Origin: a virus
Length of the DNA: 64,000 bases
Direction: 5' to 3' (one strand)
Virus record (IMG/VR): IMGVR_UViG_3300028177_000003
Location: 25,530 to 89,529 of that record
In this document: piece by piece, positions 63,844-64,000 of the stretch
Numbering within the stretch: the first letter of the stretch is position 1
Layout of the letters: every line of letters starts with the position of its first letter
Program-made: the position numbers and the translations under genes
Notes under the pieces: model-generated
What the model was told of the DNA's origin: nothing
Databases searched by the model: none
Seen by the model: the letters and a program-made list of their open reading frames with translations, nothing else

Positions 63844-63920
63844 TATGCAGAATACTCTTTGTAGAAGACAGAGCTACCGAGGGATAGTGGGGATACCGCG
63901 TCAAATAAACCGCAAGGAGA

Positions 63921-63948
63921 GGGTTCCCTGCATCCGCTTTCGACGTAA
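63921..63948 (+). promoter_or_regulatory. Class A promoter-like motif
   Basis: Perfect consensus, followed by GGAGG RBS and ATG 63973 (gene runs off window). Confidence 0.75.
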
Positions 63949-64000
63949 CTCTTTCGAAGGGAGGTGAGAGTCATGGCCTGGAACGTGCCGGATGACTGGG

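Noticed and set aside
1-64000. Stop-codon reassignment suggested by the phage release factor
   Set aside because: Long conserved genes are intact in the standard code, and TAG, TGA and TAA all end genes at coupled junctions

Overview
This window looks like part of a large, GC-rich tailed (myovirus-like/jumbo) bacteriophage genome, densely coded and almost entirely on the minus strand. Replication genes include PolA, DnaB, a stand-alone primase Zn finger, NAD-dependent ligase, SF2 and SNF2 helicases and a DnaQ exonuclease. Structural and lysis genes include rIIA/rIIB, baseplate J- and gp25-like, head-tail proteins and a CHAP endolysin. It also encodes a sigma factor, an actin-like ATPase, and a translation/RNA-repair set (Thg1, CCA-adding HD enzyme, tmRNA, release factor). 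Best novel signals read directly from the DNA: (1) a domain-1-less release factor with an RF1-type PxT motif, split by a prfB-style GGGGG-N3-CTT-TGA-C +1 frameshift site at a position not homologous to the prfB site; (2) three dispersed genes sharing a 5' UTR and a 36-aa N-terminal leader fused to unrelated cargo, with related K-x-A motifs in other proteins, suggesting a capsid-targeting/cleavage system; (3) two recurrent promoter-like motifs, GGGTTCCC-N13-GACGTAA (14 copies) and GGTAG-N5-CTAT (about 11 copies), which mark different gene classes and sometimes sit back-to-back. All product calls come from motifs recognised by eye; no database searches were run.
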